A DNA stretch of 63,923 nucleotides, filler included. It is 8 parts of 8 records of this genome, joined end to end, with 100 filler letters (N's around TTAATTAATTAA, not from the genome) between each part and the next. Parts side by side here need not be neighbours in the genome. Positions count along the whole stretch, not along the records: positions 6,376 to 14,142 come from SRR31156797_22647; positions 14,243 to 21,370 come from SRR31156797_22652; 6 more parts are not named here. The stretch is one strand, 5' to 3'. Shown in pieces: positions 9,648 through 20,200 of the stretch. The notes under the pieces are model-generated. The model worked only from the letters and a program-made list of their open reading frames with translations. It was not told where the DNA came from and made no database searches. Within the stretch, counting starts at the first letter, position 1, and each line of letters begins with the position of its first letter. The position numbers and the translations under genes were made by a program.

Positions 9648-11000
9648 GTGAATGGTAAAGAACTGATTATAAAGGCATTCAGTGGAGAAAAAATGGAAAG
9701 GGCGCCCTGGGTTCCCTATACGGGGGTGCAGATTGCCAATCTGAAGGGCTATAACGCTCAGGAAGTCCTGCAGGACGGAGACAAGCTCCTGGAGTGCCTC
9801 CTCGAGGCGAAGAAACAGTACTCCCCCGATGGAATGCCCGTCGTTTTCGATCTTCAGATAGAGGCTGAGATCCTGGGCTGCGAGCTTCTGTGGGCCGAGG
9901 ATTCTCCCCCCACCGTCAGCAGCCATTCCCTTGCGGATACCAAGGATATCCCCGGAAAGATCCCCGGGGCGGACGAGGGGCGCATCCCCATGGTCCTGGA
10001 CGTTATGAAGAGGCTGAAAGCGGAAGCGGGAGAAGACACCGCCCTTTACGGCCTGGTCTGCGGTCCTTTTACCCTGGCCTCTCATCTGAGAAGCACCAAT
10101 ATCTTTATGGACATGTACGACGATGAGGACTACGTCAAAGGGCTGATGGCCTATGCCACCGACGTGGCCATCGCCGTGGCGGGATACTATATCGAGGCCG
10201 GAATGGACATCATCGGTTCGGTGGATCCCCTGATCTCTCAGATCTCACCCGAGATGTTCGAGCAGTTTATGGCCGCCGACTATAAGAGGTTCTTCGACTT
10301 CGTCAGATCCAAAGGCGCCTACAGCTCCTTCTTCGTCTGCGGGGACGCCACCAAGAACCTGGACGTTATGGCCAAGACGGGACCCGACTGTCTTTCCATC
10401 GACGAGAACATCGATATAGTGGAAGCCAAGAAGATCACCGACGCCCACAAGATCATGATCTCGGGGAACCTGCAGCTGACCATCACCATGCTTCTGGGGA
10501 ATCAGAAGGACAACCAGAAGGCCGCCATAGAGCTGATGGACAAGATGGGAACCGAACGCTTTATCCTGGCTCCCGGCTGCGATATGCCCTTCGGCGTTCC
10601 CATTGAAAACATCGTGGGGATCGGACAGGCGGTACAGAATATCGAGGCCACCAGAGGATTCCTGGCCAACTATGAGAAAGAGGCAGTGAAAATCGAGGTG
10701 GAGTTTCCCGATTACGAGAATCTCGACCACGTCCTGATCGAGGTCCTGACCATCGACTCCGCCACCTGCGCCGCCTGCGGTTATATGAAGGCCGCCGCCG
10801 ACGATATGATCAGCATCTTCGGCGGGGATAAGGTCAAGGTCGTCGAGCGTAAGATCTTGGAGCCCGAAAACATCGCCCGTATCGAGAAGATGGGGGTCGC
10901 CAACCTTCCCTCTATGGCCATCAACGGCGAGGTTAAGCATATCTCTCTGATTCCCTCCCGTGCGGAGCTGGAAGAAGAGCTTCGCTCCTACGTCAAGTAG
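9648..11000 (+). CDS. UroD/MtaA-CmuA family protein with C-terminal thioredoxin-like domain
   Basis: DLQIEAEILG, GPFTLASHL, FVCGD, SGN, FILAPGCDMP; C-terminal SATCAACGYM and NLPSMAING thioredoxin-like fold. Confidence 0.8.
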   Translation: MNGKELIIKAFSGEKMERAPWVPYTGVQIANLKGYNAQEVLQDGDKLLECLLEAKKQYSPDGMPVVFDLQIEAEILGCELLWAEDSPPTVSSHSLADTKDIPGKIPGADEGRIPMVLDVMKRLKAEAGEDTALYGLVCGPFTLASHLRSTNIFMDMYDDEDYVKGLMAYATDVAIAVAGYYIEAGMDIIGSVDPLISQISPEMFEQFMAADYKRFFDFVRSKGAYSSFFVCGDATKNLDVMAKTGPDCLSIDENIDIVEAKKITDAHKIMISGNLQLTITMLLGNQKDNQKAAIELMDKMGTERFILAPGCDMPFGVPIENIVGIGQAVQNIEATRGFLANYEKEAVKIEVEFPDYENLDHVLIEVLTIDSATCAACGYMKAAADDMISIFGGDKVKVVERKILEPENIARIEKMGVANLPSMAINGEVKHISLIPSRAELEEELRSYVK

Positions 11001-11094
11001 GGGCGTGTGGGTCCGGGGCTTGGGGCCCCGGGTCATGGAGCGAAGAGATCTGTAGAATACCTCCCGGACGAGCCTGGGGAAGAAGGAACTCAAT

Positions 11095-12054
11095 ATGGAA
11101 AAGAAAAAAATCGACATAGCCGTACTCGCTGGATTTCTGGGGGCCGGGAAAACGACGGTGCTCAATGAGCTGATCCGCTTCTTTCCGGAGCGTAGGATCG
11201 GTATCCTGGTCAATGACTTCGGCGAGGTGCCCGTAGACGGCTCCCTTCTGATTCAGGAGCATCCCGAGCTTCTCGAGGGGGGGCACAAGGTCTATGAGAT
11301 CGGAAACGGATCCATATTCTGCTCCTGTCTGAAGGCCCCTTTCCTCTATGGGCTGAAGCACTTCGCCGAGGAGAAGCCGGAGCTTCTTTTCATCGAGGCC
11401 TCGGGAATGTCCGATCCCTCCAGCATGGACAAGATCCTGAAAGAGCACGGCCTGGACGGGGTCTTCAGGGTACACAGGATCATGACCCTGGTGGATCCGG
11501 TAAAATTCGCGGGGCTGTCCCATGTCCTGAACGTCATCGACCGGCAGGTCGCGGCGGGGGATCAGATTCTGGTCAACAAGGCCGATCTCGTCTCGGAGGG
11601 GGAGATGCCCAAGGTCCTGGACCTGCTGAAGGAGAAGAGCGGGGCACCCGTGCAAACGGGTTCGTTCGGCCGCTTCGACTACTCCTTTATCACTAAGGAG
11701 TCGGGAAGGAGGACCGAGGCTGAAAGGGAGAGCTGCAACACCCCTGACACCAGACCGGCGAGCCTCTTTCTGGAAGGCCCCGTCAGGAGCAGGGAGGCCC
11801 TGGAGTCCTTTATGGACAAGAGCGCGTCCCAGGTCTACAGGATTAAGGGATTTATCGAGCTGGAGGGAACCCTGCGTTATGTCTCGGATAACAGCAGGGG
11901 ATTCAGCATCAACGATGCGAAAAAGCCGGATATCCGTCCCGGGCTGACGGTGCTCTGTCCTCCCGAATCGGCCGACTCCGTCAAGGACCGCTGGCAGCTC
12001 CTGGTCCGGAAGGAGGAGATCTCCGGCTTCCGTCAGGCGGAAACCCGTTTGTAA
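11095..12054 (+). CDS. CobW/COG0523 family G3E GTPase metallochaperone
   Basis: GFLGAGKTT, NDFGE, GSIFCSC, EASG, NKAD, YRIKG. Confidence 0.9.
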   Translation: MEKKKIDIAVLAGFLGAGKTTVLNELIRFFPERRIGILVNDFGEVPVDGSLLIQEHPELLEGGHKVYEIGNGSIFCSCLKAPFLYGLKHFAEEKPELLFIEASGMSDPSSMDKILKEHGLDGVFRVHRIMTLVDPVKFAGLSHVLNVIDRQVAAGDQILVNKADLVSEGEMPKVLDLLKEKSGAPVQTGSFGRFDYSFITKESGRRTEAERESCNTPDTRPASLFLEGPVRSREALESFMDKSASQVYRIKGFIELEGTLRYVSDNSRGFSINDAKKPDIRPGLTVLCPPESADSVKDRWQLLVRKEEISGFRQAETRL

Positions 12055-12072
12055 GCCCGGTGGAAAATACGG

Positions 12073-12104
12073 GAGCCCTTCCGCTGGAAGGGGCTCTTTC
12101 CTTT
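12073..12104 (+). terminator. Intrinsic terminator after the CobW gene
   Basis: gagcccttcc-gct-ggaaggggctc followed by tttccttt. Confidence 0.6.
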
Positions 12105-12138
12105 GCGCTCAGCCCTGAGGGCGTTCACGGCTTCCGGC

Positions 12139-12630
12139 TTAGAATACGTAGCGCACTCCCAGGGAGGCGGCCCAGGCGAGACCGAATTTGTCAATCAAAG
12201 ATACCCCGGCTCCCCCTTCGAGGTAGAGGTTGAGAGGGATCTCCTCCAGGGTATGCTCCCAGCGGACCATGCCCAGAACGGACATGCCGAAGTCATTCCC
12301 GAATTCCGCATTGACCTGAGGGCCCACGGAGAGGGGAAAGGATCTCTTTTGAATCTTGATATCGGCCAGGGTGAAGAGCATATTGCCGCCCAGTGTAAAA
12401 CCGTCGAAATAGGTTCCCGCAAGGGCGTTGACCTCCACCCAGTTCGCCAGACGGTATCCGAACACCAGTCCCGTGGGGTAACCCAGGGCGACTCCGGCCT
12501 TGGCACGACCCTCAAGGGGGGCGGTGCTGAGCTCGATCTCTCTCACTTCCCTATCTTCAACCAGCTGCTCTTCCGCGAAAAGGGGCAGCAGAAGGGACGC
12601 CATCAAAAGGGCCAGTATCGTCTTCTTCAT
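12139..12630 (-). CDS. Secreted protein, probable small outer-membrane beta-barrel
   Basis: Signal peptide, GVALGYPTGL motif, amphipathic strands, C-terminal LGVRYVF (terminal Phe). Confidence 0.6.
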   Translation of the reverse strand: MKKTILALLMASLLLPLFAEEQLVEDREVREIELSTAPLEGRAKAGVALGYPTGLVFGYRLANWVEVNALAGTYFDGFTLGGNMLFTLADIKIQKRSFPLSVGPQVNAEFGNDFGMSVLGMVRWEHTLEEIPLNLYLEGGAGVSLIDKFGLAWAASLGVRYVF

Positions 12631-12808
12631 GGTAAAAGCTCCAGTCGGGATCGCTCCCGCGTTTTGGTTTCCCCTTCAGTATATCCCAATCGGCAGAAAA
12701 GAAATTTGAATTTTTGATTAACGGCCTCCTTTTCCATCGCCTCCTTCCGATTGCGGGATCCCTTCCGTACTGTGCAGGAGAGGGGGCATATGCTACACTT
12801 ATGTCCAT

Positions 12809-13162
12809 ATGAATGATATGGAAGATCCACAGCTGAAGCATGACGATCGGAGGGTCGATTCGGTGAAGAGCCGCCTCGTGCCCCAGGAGGAACTGGAGCA
12901 TCTGGTCCAGACCTTCAAGATATTCGGCGACGCGTCGCGGCTGAGGATCGTCAACGCCCTGATCGAAGAGGAGCTCTGCGTCCATGAGATCGCGGCCCTT
13001 ATGGAGATGAGTCAGCCCGCCGTCTCTCAGCATCTGAGGCTCCTGAAACAGGCTCATGTCGTCAACTCCCGGAGGGACGGAAAGCATATCTTCTACTCCC
13101 TGAAGGACGAGCATGTGATACAGATCTTCCGTATCTGCCAGGCCCATCTGAGGGAGGGCTGA
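12809..13162 (+). CDS. ArsR/SmtB family metalloregulator with alpha5 metal site
   Basis: FKIFGDASRLRI, ELCVHEI, SQPAVSQHL, DEH-x10-HLRE alpha5 site. Confidence 0.92.
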   Translation: MNDMEDPQLKHDDRRVDSVKSRLVPQEELEHLVQTFKIFGDASRLRIVNALIEEELCVHEIAALMEMSQPAVSQHLRLLKQAHVVNSRRDGKHIFYSLKDEHVIQIFRICQAHLREG

Positions 13163-13881
13163 TGGGCATCGTCGTTCTTACGGGGGCCGGTATCTCCGCC
13201 GAATCGGGGATCCCCACCTTCAGAGCCTCAGACGGCCTGTGGGAGGATCACAGGGTGGAAGACGTGGCCACCCCCGAGGGCTTCTTCCGCAATCCCCCTC
13301 TGGTGCACCGCTTCTACAATGAGAGGCGCAGGCATCTCTCTTCGGTAGAGCCCAATCCCGCTCACAGGGCTCTGGCCCGCCTTGAGAAGGAAAGCCGGGA
13401 TACTGTCTGGATCGTTACCCAGAACATTGATGACCTCCATGAACGCGCCGGTTCTGAAAGGATTATCCATATGCACGGAGAGCTTCTGAGCAGCCTCTGT
13501 TCCCGCTGCGGGAGCCGCAGGAGCGAGGCCCCGGGGGATATGGACGAACATATGATCTGCCCGGACTGCGGGAACCCCGGAAGCCTGCGTCCGGACGTCG
13601 TCTGGTTTGGGGAAATGCCCTACCGGATGGACGAAATCACATCTCTTCTGGGTGAATGCTCCCTCTTCCTCTCCATAGGCACTTCGGGACATGTCTATCC
13701 GGCGGCAGGATTCGTGGAGGACGCCGTAAGGGCCGGGGCCTACGCCGTCGAGGTCAATCCCGAGCCCTCTCTTGTGAACAACCGTTTCCATCGCCATATC
13801 GCCGCCAGCGCGGGTCAGGCCGTTCCCGATCTTGTGGACGAGATCCTGTCGGGGGCTCTGGATATGCAGACGGAACTGTAG
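13162..13881 (+). CDS. cobB: NAD-dependent protein deacylase (sirtuin, class III-like)
   Basis: GAGISAESGIPTFR, FYNERR, TQNIDDLHERAG, HG, two CxxC, LRPDVVWFGE, GTS; TGATG overlap with arsR. Confidence 0.93.
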   Translation: MGIVVLTGAGISAESGIPTFRASDGLWEDHRVEDVATPEGFFRNPPLVHRFYNERRRHLSSVEPNPAHRALARLEKESRDTVWIVTQNIDDLHERAGSERIIHMHGELLSSLCSRCGSRRSEAPGDMDEHMICPDCGNPGSLRPDVVWFGEMPYRMDEITSLLGECSLFLSIGTSGHVYPAAGFVEDAVRAGAYAVEVNPEPSLVNNRFHRHIAASAGQAVPDLVDEILSGALDMQTEL

Positions 13882-13919
13882 AAGCCGACCCCTATCTTTC
13901 GATCAGCCCCTTTCCTTCA

Positions 13920-13948
13920 TTGACAGAGAATCGGCTTCGTTGTAATAT
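13920..13948 (+). promoter_or_regulatory. Sigma70-type promoter for the heavy-metal ATPase
   Basis: TTGACA (13920-13925), 17-nt spacer, TAATAT (13943-13948). Confidence 0.75.
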
Positions 13949-13980
13949 AAACATATAATCAAATGATTATATGTTTATAT
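13945..13980. promoter_or_regulatory. ArsR/SmtB-type operator, perfect 17-2-17 inverted repeat
   Basis: atataaacatataatca-aa-tgattatatgtttatat overlapping the -10 box. Confidence 0.85.
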
Positions 13981-13994
13981 GTATGAGGTACGAT

Positions 13995-14142
13995 ATGTCT
14001 GGAAAGATTGAATATACACTGACCGGTCTGAACTGCTCCCATTGCGCAGCGGTGATCGAAGACCAGGTAAAAGAGCTGCCCTGGGTAAAAGAGGCCCATG
14101 TGAATCTGGCCACCCAGGTGCTGGCCCTCAATGCAGGAGACA
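13995..14142 (+). CDS. Heavy-metal-associated (HMA) domain, probable N-terminus of a Zn/Cd P1B-ATPase (truncated by contig end)
   Basis: MSGKIEYTLTGLNCSHCAAVIE; GAGG RBS; ArsR operator upstream. Confidence 0.75.
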
Positions 14143-14242
14143 NNNNNNNNNNNNNNNNNNNNNNNNNNNNNNNNNNNNNNNNNNNNTTAATTAATTAANN
14201 NNNNNNNNNNNNNNNNNNNNNNNNNNNNNNNNNNNNNNNNNN
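14143..14242. other. Artificial contig-joining spacer
   Basis: N-run with TTAATTAATTAA. Confidence 0.98.
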
Positions 14243-14244
14243 TA

Positions 14245-16995
14245 CAAGGAAAGAAGAGAATCCTTTCTTTGGTTCGGGATATTACCGGGCGAAAACTGGC
14301 CGAAAAAGAATTACTGAAAAGCGAACAACGTTATAAGGCCGTATTTGAAAATACAGGGGCTGCAACATGCATTGTTGATGAGGACGGGATAATTTCTCTT
14401 GCCAATAACAAATTCTCAAAGCTTTCGGGATTCAAACTGGACGAGATCCAGCATAAAAAAAACTGGTTAGAATTTGTTCATTCTGAGGATAAGGATTTTA
14501 TGATTGCACAACGTCAGTTGCGACGAAAAAAAAACAAGGATGCACCAAAACAATATGAATTCAGATTTATCAATAAAGAAGGAGATATAAGAAATATAAA
14601 CTTAATTGTCGACATTATCCCCCATACGACCAAAAGCATAGCTTCACTGATCGATGTAACCCAACTAAAATCCTTCCAAAACGAACTTATTGATAAAAAC
14701 AAACAACTGGAGGTTGAAAAAAATAAAGCAAGAATTGAACAACAAAAATACCAGGAGCTATTTAACAACAGTGCTTCTGTTATGATTTTAATAGATCCGG
14801 TAAATGGCAATATTGTTGATGCGAACAATGCAGCATGCGAATTTTATCAATACGCATACGAAGAACTTACATCGATGAATATTATAAATATTGATATACA
14901 TCAACATGAAGAAGTAAAGAGACAAATCAACAGCATCTTAAACCACACAAAATCCCGTTTTCTTTTTAAACACCGATTGGCTAGTGGTGAAATTAAAGAT
15001 ATAGAGTCGTATAGCGGACTGGTTACAATTGATGAAAAACTGTTAATGTATTCAATTATTCATGATATCACAAAACGAAGGATACTTGAAAAAACCAATA
15101 ATATGCTTTCTGAAGCGATGGATGCAAGCCCGGTAAGCATTGTTATTACCAACCAGAATGGTGATATTGAATATGTTAATCCATTTTTTCTAAAAAAAAC
15201 TGGTTATAAAAAATGTGAAGTAATAGGTCGCAATCCAAGTGATTTAAAATCAGGAAAACATACTACAGATTTCTACAAACACTTATGGGAAACCATTAAC
15301 TCGGGTCAAATTTGGGAAGGTGAATTCCACAATATAAAGAAGAATGGTGAATTCTACTGGGAAAAAGCAAGTATCTCTCCAATCTACAACGATCAGGGTA
15401 AAATAATTCAATTTATTGCTGTAAAAGAGGACATATCGGAAAAAAAGCAAACACTAACTCAGTTGGAAGAAGCGAAAAACCGGGCAGAACAAAATGAAAG
15501 ACGTTTTAAAGCTCTACATAATGCTTCGTTTGGAGGAATTTCTATTCATGAGAAAGGCCTGATTATAGATTGCAACCATGGCCTTTCGCAAATAACAGGC
15601 TATAGCCACCAGGAACTGGTTGGAATGAAAGGTTTGCAGCTTATTGCTGAAGAAAGCCGGGAAAAGGTACTGCAAAATATACAAGAAGGTTATGAAACCC
15701 CCTACGAGGCCATTGGATTGCGAAAAAATGGTAACAAATACCCCATACGTCTTGAAGGCAAGAAGATTCCATATCAAAATAAAATAGTTAGAGTTGTTGA
15801 GTTTCGCGACATAACCGAACAAAAGAAAATTGAGCAGGAACTTATTCAGGCCAGGGAAAAAGCAGAACAAAGCGACAAATTAAAATCTTCCTTCCTGGCA
15901 AATATGAGCCATGAGATACGCACCCCTATGAATGGAATACTGGGATTTACGGAATTATTAAAAGAACCCGGCTTAAGTGGTAAAAAACAAAAAATGTTCA
16001 TTGATATTATTCAGGCCAGTGGAGAACGGATGCTTAGTACAATAAATGATATTATTGATATTTCGAAAATTGAATCGGGACTTATCGATGTAAATATTCA
16101 GGAAATTAACCTGTCGTCATTTATTCATGAGATTTTTGTATTCTTTCAACCTTTAATGCATAAAAAGGAAATTGTATTCCAGGTTAATGAAAACAATAAC
16201 AATCCGATAGAGCTCTATAGTACAGATCCCGACAAACTAAATTCAATATTAACCAACCTGATAAAGAACGCATATAAATTTACCTCCTCTGGTACCATAG
16301 AGTTTGGCTATACAGTAAAAGATAAAAACATTAGTTTCTTTGTAAAAGACACTGGTGTTGGCATCCCCAAAGACAGACAGGAAGCTATTTTTGAAAGATT
16401 TATTCAGGCAGACATTGCCGATTCGCGCGTTTTTGAGGGATCGGGCCTTGGGTTATCCATTACAAAATCATATACCGAGATGCTTAATGGTAGCATTCAA
16501 CTTAAGTCCGAAATCGGTTCCGGTACATGGTTTAAAGTTACTTTCCCGATGCGCAGTAGCGAAGTTGATCAATATTATAAAGACACAAGCCCCCAAATAG
16601 TGGGAATCAAAACAGACTTAAGCAAAAAACTAAAAATTCTGATTGCCGAAGATGATCCGGTTTCAGTAGAATTATTAAAACTTATTGTAAAGGATATTGC
16701 ATTAGAGACTCATGTTGCATTAAATGGGCTGGAGGCTATAGAAATTGTAAAAGAATATGAGGATATTGACATAATATTAATGGATATTAAGATGCCCCAA
16801 ATGGATGGATTTACTGCTACTTCCAAAATCCGCAAATTCAACAGCAACGTAAAAATAATAGCACAATCTGCATTTGCTCAACCTGAGGAAAATAAGCAGG
16901 CACTCAAATTAGGTTGTAATGACTTTATCATCAAGCCTATAAATAAACTGACACTCCTTGAACGGATAAGGTTATTATTCGAAAACGAGAATTAA
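14245..16995 (+). CDS. Hybrid histidine kinase (at least 4 PAS, HisKA, HATPase, REC), 5' truncated
   Basis: Frame open from the contig edge; FLANMSHEIRTPMNG, NLIKNAYKF, DTGVG, GSGLGL, receiver ILMDIKMP. Confidence 0.93.
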   Translation, partial: QGKKRILSLVRDITGRKLAEKELLKSEQRYKAVFENTGAATCIVDEDGIISLANNKFSKLSGFKLDEIQHKKNWLEFVHSEDKDFMIAQRQLRRKKNKDAPKQYEFRFINKEGDIRNINLIVDIIPHTTKSIASLIDVTQLKSFQNELIDKNKQLEVEKNKARIEQQKYQELFNNSASVMILIDPVNGNIVDANNAACEFYQYAYEELTSMNIINIDIHQHEEVKRQINSILNHTKSRFLFKHRLASGEIKDIESYSGLVTIDEKLLMYSIIHDITKRRILEKTNNMLSEAMDASPVSIVITNQNGDIEYVNPFFLKKTGYKKCEVIGRNPSDLKSGKHTTDFYKHLWETINSGQIWEGEFHNIKKNGEFYWEKASISPIYNDQGKIIQFIAVKEDISEKKQTLTQLEEAKNRAEQNERRFKALHNASFGGISIHEKGLIIDCNHGLSQITGYSHQELVGMKGLQLIAEESREKVLQNIQEGYETPYEAIGLRKNGNKYPIRLEGKKIPYQNKIVRVVEFRDITEQKKIEQELIQAREKAEQSDKLKSSFLANMSHEIRTPMNGILGFTELLKEPGLSGKKQKMFIDIIQASGERMLSTINDIIDISKIESGLIDVNIQEINLSSFIHEIFVFFQPLMHKKEIVFQVNENNNNPIELYSTDPDKLNSILTNLIKNAYKFTSSGTIEFGYTVKDKNISFFVKDTGVGIPKDRQEAIFERFIQADIADSRVFEGSGLGLSITKSYTEMLNGSIQLKSEIGSGTWFKVTFPMRSSEVDQYYKDTSPQIVGIKTDLSKKLKILIAEDDPVSVELLKLIVKDIALETHVALNGLEAIEIVKEYEDIDIILMDIKMPQMDGFTATSKIRKFNSNVKIIAQSAFAQPEENKQALKLGCNDFIIKPINKLTLLERIRLLFENEN

Positions 16996-17206
16996 AACCA
17001 ACTAATTTTTACCATTATTTTTCACCCCCGACAAACCACATCTGAAGTGAACTTGCAATATGTTTTTTATAAATACCAATCTAAAAATGCGTATTTTCTG
17101 AGCTGTAAATCATCCTTTTAGACTTTCAAATCTCAATTATTATTATCTATCTTTCTAACACTATATTAAAATTTTTAATGTAGTCTTTTCAAACCAATAC
17201 AAAAAG

Positions 17207-20200
17207 ATGAATAAAAAGGGAACCAATAACAGCCAGCAACTGGATTGTTTAACCCAAACTTTGCATGCAATCAATTCTTTGATAGTTACCGAAAATGGCC
17301 TTTTTAGACTTATTAAAGGAGCTTGCAACATTTTAAGTTCAACACGGGGGTACTTCTTTACATGGATTGCTCTTTTTGATCAAAACAACCAGTTGTCAAT
17401 AATTGAAAATGCAGGTGAAGCAAATGGATTTGAAAAATTAAAGGCCGATATTCGTGCCGGTAAATTACCTTTACCCTACCAAGAAGCCCTGCAAAACAAT
17501 ACTATATCCATTGTTACTGAATCAGAACAAAAATGTGTTCTCAATCTCGAAAATAAAAATTGGACTTCATACACCTCCCTTCTGCAAACGGGCAATGAGA
17601 TACACGGCTTTTTAAGTGCAACTGTTCCCTCCAAAGCAGCAAATAATGATAATGAAATTGAACTATTCAAATTATTTGCAAACAGCGTTGCATACGCTGT
17701 TAATAATATTAAAGAAAAACAGGATTTACAATCACTCCTCGCTTCATCGCACGAAGGTTATATCCTGTTTGATAATGCCTTAAACATTAAATCGGTTAAT
17801 GATGCCTTAAGTAAACTTCTAAAACAACCGAAGGAATTTTTTATTGGCAAAAGTATTAATGAACTTGTTAAGCATTATGTTCCAAAAAAGAATTATAAAT
17901 ATGTAGCTCCCGCTTTGACGAAGATTAAACAAGGACAAGACCTTAAAAAGATCATCGTTCATTTTGAAAACAAAATTTTGGAATTTAACACCTGTTTTCA
18001 GAATTTTTCGAAATACAAATTAGGAACGATTCGTAATGTAACAAAGGAAAAAGAAGAACAATACCTGTTACAAAAAAATGAGATTAAATACCGGAAACTT
18101 GTTGATTCTCTTTCCGATTCTTTATTTATAATTCAAGAAGATCAGATCAAATATGTTAATCCGGCACTGTGCAGAGTTTCAGGCTATAAAGAAGAAGAGC
18201 TCTTGAATAAGCATTTTTCAAATTTTATTTCAAAATCTGAAGTTGACCGAATAGTAGAACTTTCTAAAAAAAGACTGGGAAACCAGCCTAACGAGAAGCA
18301 CTATCAAACAGTTATAGTTACTAAAACGGGAAATTCAATTCCGGTTGAAGTAACGACAATACCAACGGAATACGAATCATTACCAGCCTTGCAGGTCATC
18401 CTACGAGACATTTCTGCACGACAAAAAGCACAGCAAAAATTACTGGAAAGTGAAGAACGATATCGCTTCTTATCAGAATCAACTTTTGAAGGAATTGTGA
18501 TTCACGACAAGGGTAGAATTATTGATATAAATGATAAAATTTGCCAATTATCCGGATATAAAAGGGAAGAATTGATAGAAGCCTCGATTTTTGATTTTAT
18601 ATATTCAGAAGATCAGGTTAAGGTAGTTAAACAGATTTTAAAGAGTGGGATTACACGACCTTATACTACCCAATTGAAGCGAAAAGACAACTCGCCTGTT
18701 CTTGCACAACTGGAGGCCAAAGAGATATTATATAATGGAAAAAAAGTACGCATAGTTGGTGTTAAGGATGTTACCGAACAACAAAAACTAACACAGCAAC
18801 TAGAAAAAACCAGTAACACTTTAAATAACCTGTTAAACAACCTTCCAGGCATGGCTTATGCCTGCCAGAATAACAAAAGTTGGGACATGATACTGATGAG
18901 CAAAGAATGTCTGGAGCTGACCGGTTATCATCCGGAAGAGTTTATTGAAAAGAAGACTCTGAACTTTTCCGACCTTATTCACCCTGATGATAGGAATATG
19001 GTATGGAAAACCGTACAAGATGCCATAGAAGAAAAAGGAATATTTGAGTTAGAATACAGGATAATAACAAAAAAGGATGACATAAAATGGGTTTGGGAAC
19101 GCGGTACTCAAACCAATGTTGAAGGCAAAGAGTTGCTCGAAGGATTTATTACAGATATTACAAAAAGAAAGCTGGCAGCCAAAGCATTTTTTAAATCAGA
19201 AACCAAATACCGGGCATTATTTAATGCTATAAACGATGCCGTAATTATACATACTTTTGACCCTGAACACATATATAAACTTGTAGAGCTAAACGATAAA
19301 GCCTGTGATTTATACGGATATTCTCGTGAAGAAATGCTTCAGTTAACCACAAATCAATTAATCCCGTCAATTAAAGAAGAAAAAGAAAATGCCTTATTAA
19401 ATGAGAACAAATTACTGGAACAACCTTATGCAACCTATACCGCCAAACACCAAAAAAAGAATGGTGAAATTATTCCGGTGGAGATAAGTTGTCGGATTTT
19501 TGAGATTTCCGGCAAAAAACATATCACTTCAGTTATCAGAGATATAACCGAAAGAGTTGAAACACAGAAACAGTTAAACAACCTGCTGATCGATTTAAGC
19601 ATTATATTTGATAATGATCCAACTTTTATTATTTACAAAGACATAAATGGAAATATTATACGCATTACAAATTCAGTAGCTCAAAGCCTGGGATTGCCTA
19701 AAGAAGAAATTGAAGGGAAATCGATGAAAGACTTTTTCCCGGAAGATGCAGATAAATTCCATGAAAATGATTTAAAGGTAATACGTTCAGGGCAACCTCT
19801 ACTAAATTATAATCGTTCGGTGTACTACCCTAATGGAGAACGCAGATGGGTATTGACAAACATTATTCCGGTAAAAGAAAATGGGAAAGATGTTAGTGGA
19901 ATTCTGATTTTCTCAAGCGACATTACAAAACAAAAACAACATGAAAAAGAACTGGAGGAAAAAAACCAACAACTGGAGATAGAAAAACAAAAACTACTGG
20001 AAAGCGAACAGAAGTTTAGCTCATTTATGAATTTTATTCCCGGACCAGCTTTTATAAAGGACAAGAACGGAGCATTTCTTTTTGTAAACCAATTTATGAA
20101 GAAGAACCTTCATGCTTCAGATTGGGTAGGTAAAAATACTAAAGATGTAATTCCTCCTGATCAGCTTCCAAACGTTTTACACGATGATAAACTTGCTTTT

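Noticed and set aside
10998-11040. TAG stop followed by a GC hairpin after the methyltransferase-like gene (possible pyrrolysine readthrough)
   Set aside because: The thioredoxin-like domain is complete at the stop, readthrough is not in frame with cobW, and no pyl genes are visible.
222-13958. Many long antisense or overlapping ORFs (e.g. 4066-4827, 6733-7908, 10245-11213)
   Set aside because: Shadow frames of GC-rich real genes with no recognisable motifs.
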